Assembly (NCBI RefSeq): GCF_031769215.1
Contig: NW_026782004.1
Coordinates: 186,001 to 250,000 of the forward strand
DNA from: Ylistrum balloti
Taxonomy: Eukaryota
Length of the DNA stretch: 64,000 bases
Direction of reading: 5' to 3'
Shown: positions 63,767 to 64,000 of the stretch, one piece after another
Numbering within the stretch: the first letter of the stretch is position 1
Layout of the letters: the number at the start of each line of letters is the position of its first letter
Program-made: the position numbers and the translations under genes
Notes under the pieces: model-generated
Seen by the model: only the letters and a program-made list of their open reading frames with translations
Told to the model about the DNA's origin: nothing
Databases searched by the model: none

Positions 63767-64000
63767 GTGGGTAAAACGAACTTTGTTATAGTTAAGCTTC
63801 TTTCATTATCAAAGGGATACTTTTCTTAAAAGCTGAATGGCCATGCTTTGCTGCATGAATTATTAGAGTAAAAGCGTTTTTACATTGATTTTAGATGAGA
63901 TCACCTTGTCTCACAGTACACAGTAAAACGTATATTTGCATGCCTACATTGTTCAGGACATGGACACCTCAGAGGCAAACTTCTATCACACGCATACATT

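Overview
AT-rich, intron-containing animal genomic DNA. The repeat families suggest a bivalve mollusc (inference). I reconstructed five genes exon by exon from splice sites and frame continuity. They are ICT1/MRPL58 (minus, last exon off-window), an intronless ARL4-type GTPase (plus), MRPS34 (plus), a 425-aa class IV (SIRT6/7-like) sirtuin with an unusual Cys/His N-terminal region (minus), and a complete 510-aa SLC43 transporter (plus). The first coding exon of a tandem SLC43 paralogue and a tRNA-Leu(AAG) are also present. The rest is repeat-rich: several non-autonomous Helentron-type (HINE-like) elements, decayed LINEs (CR1/L2-group ORF2, an RNase H fragment), about six mini/satellite arrays, and a 241-N gap. 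The most notable signal is a ~300-bp repeat family, in 3 copies, carrying a minimal Penelope/retrozyme-type hammerhead ribozyme motif. Two copies form a 520-bp fold-back inside sirtuin intron 2. The copy antisense to the host keeps an intact catalytic core, while the copy on the host's sense strand has a mutated core. All assignments come from reading the sequence and from recalled family motifs; no database searches were run.
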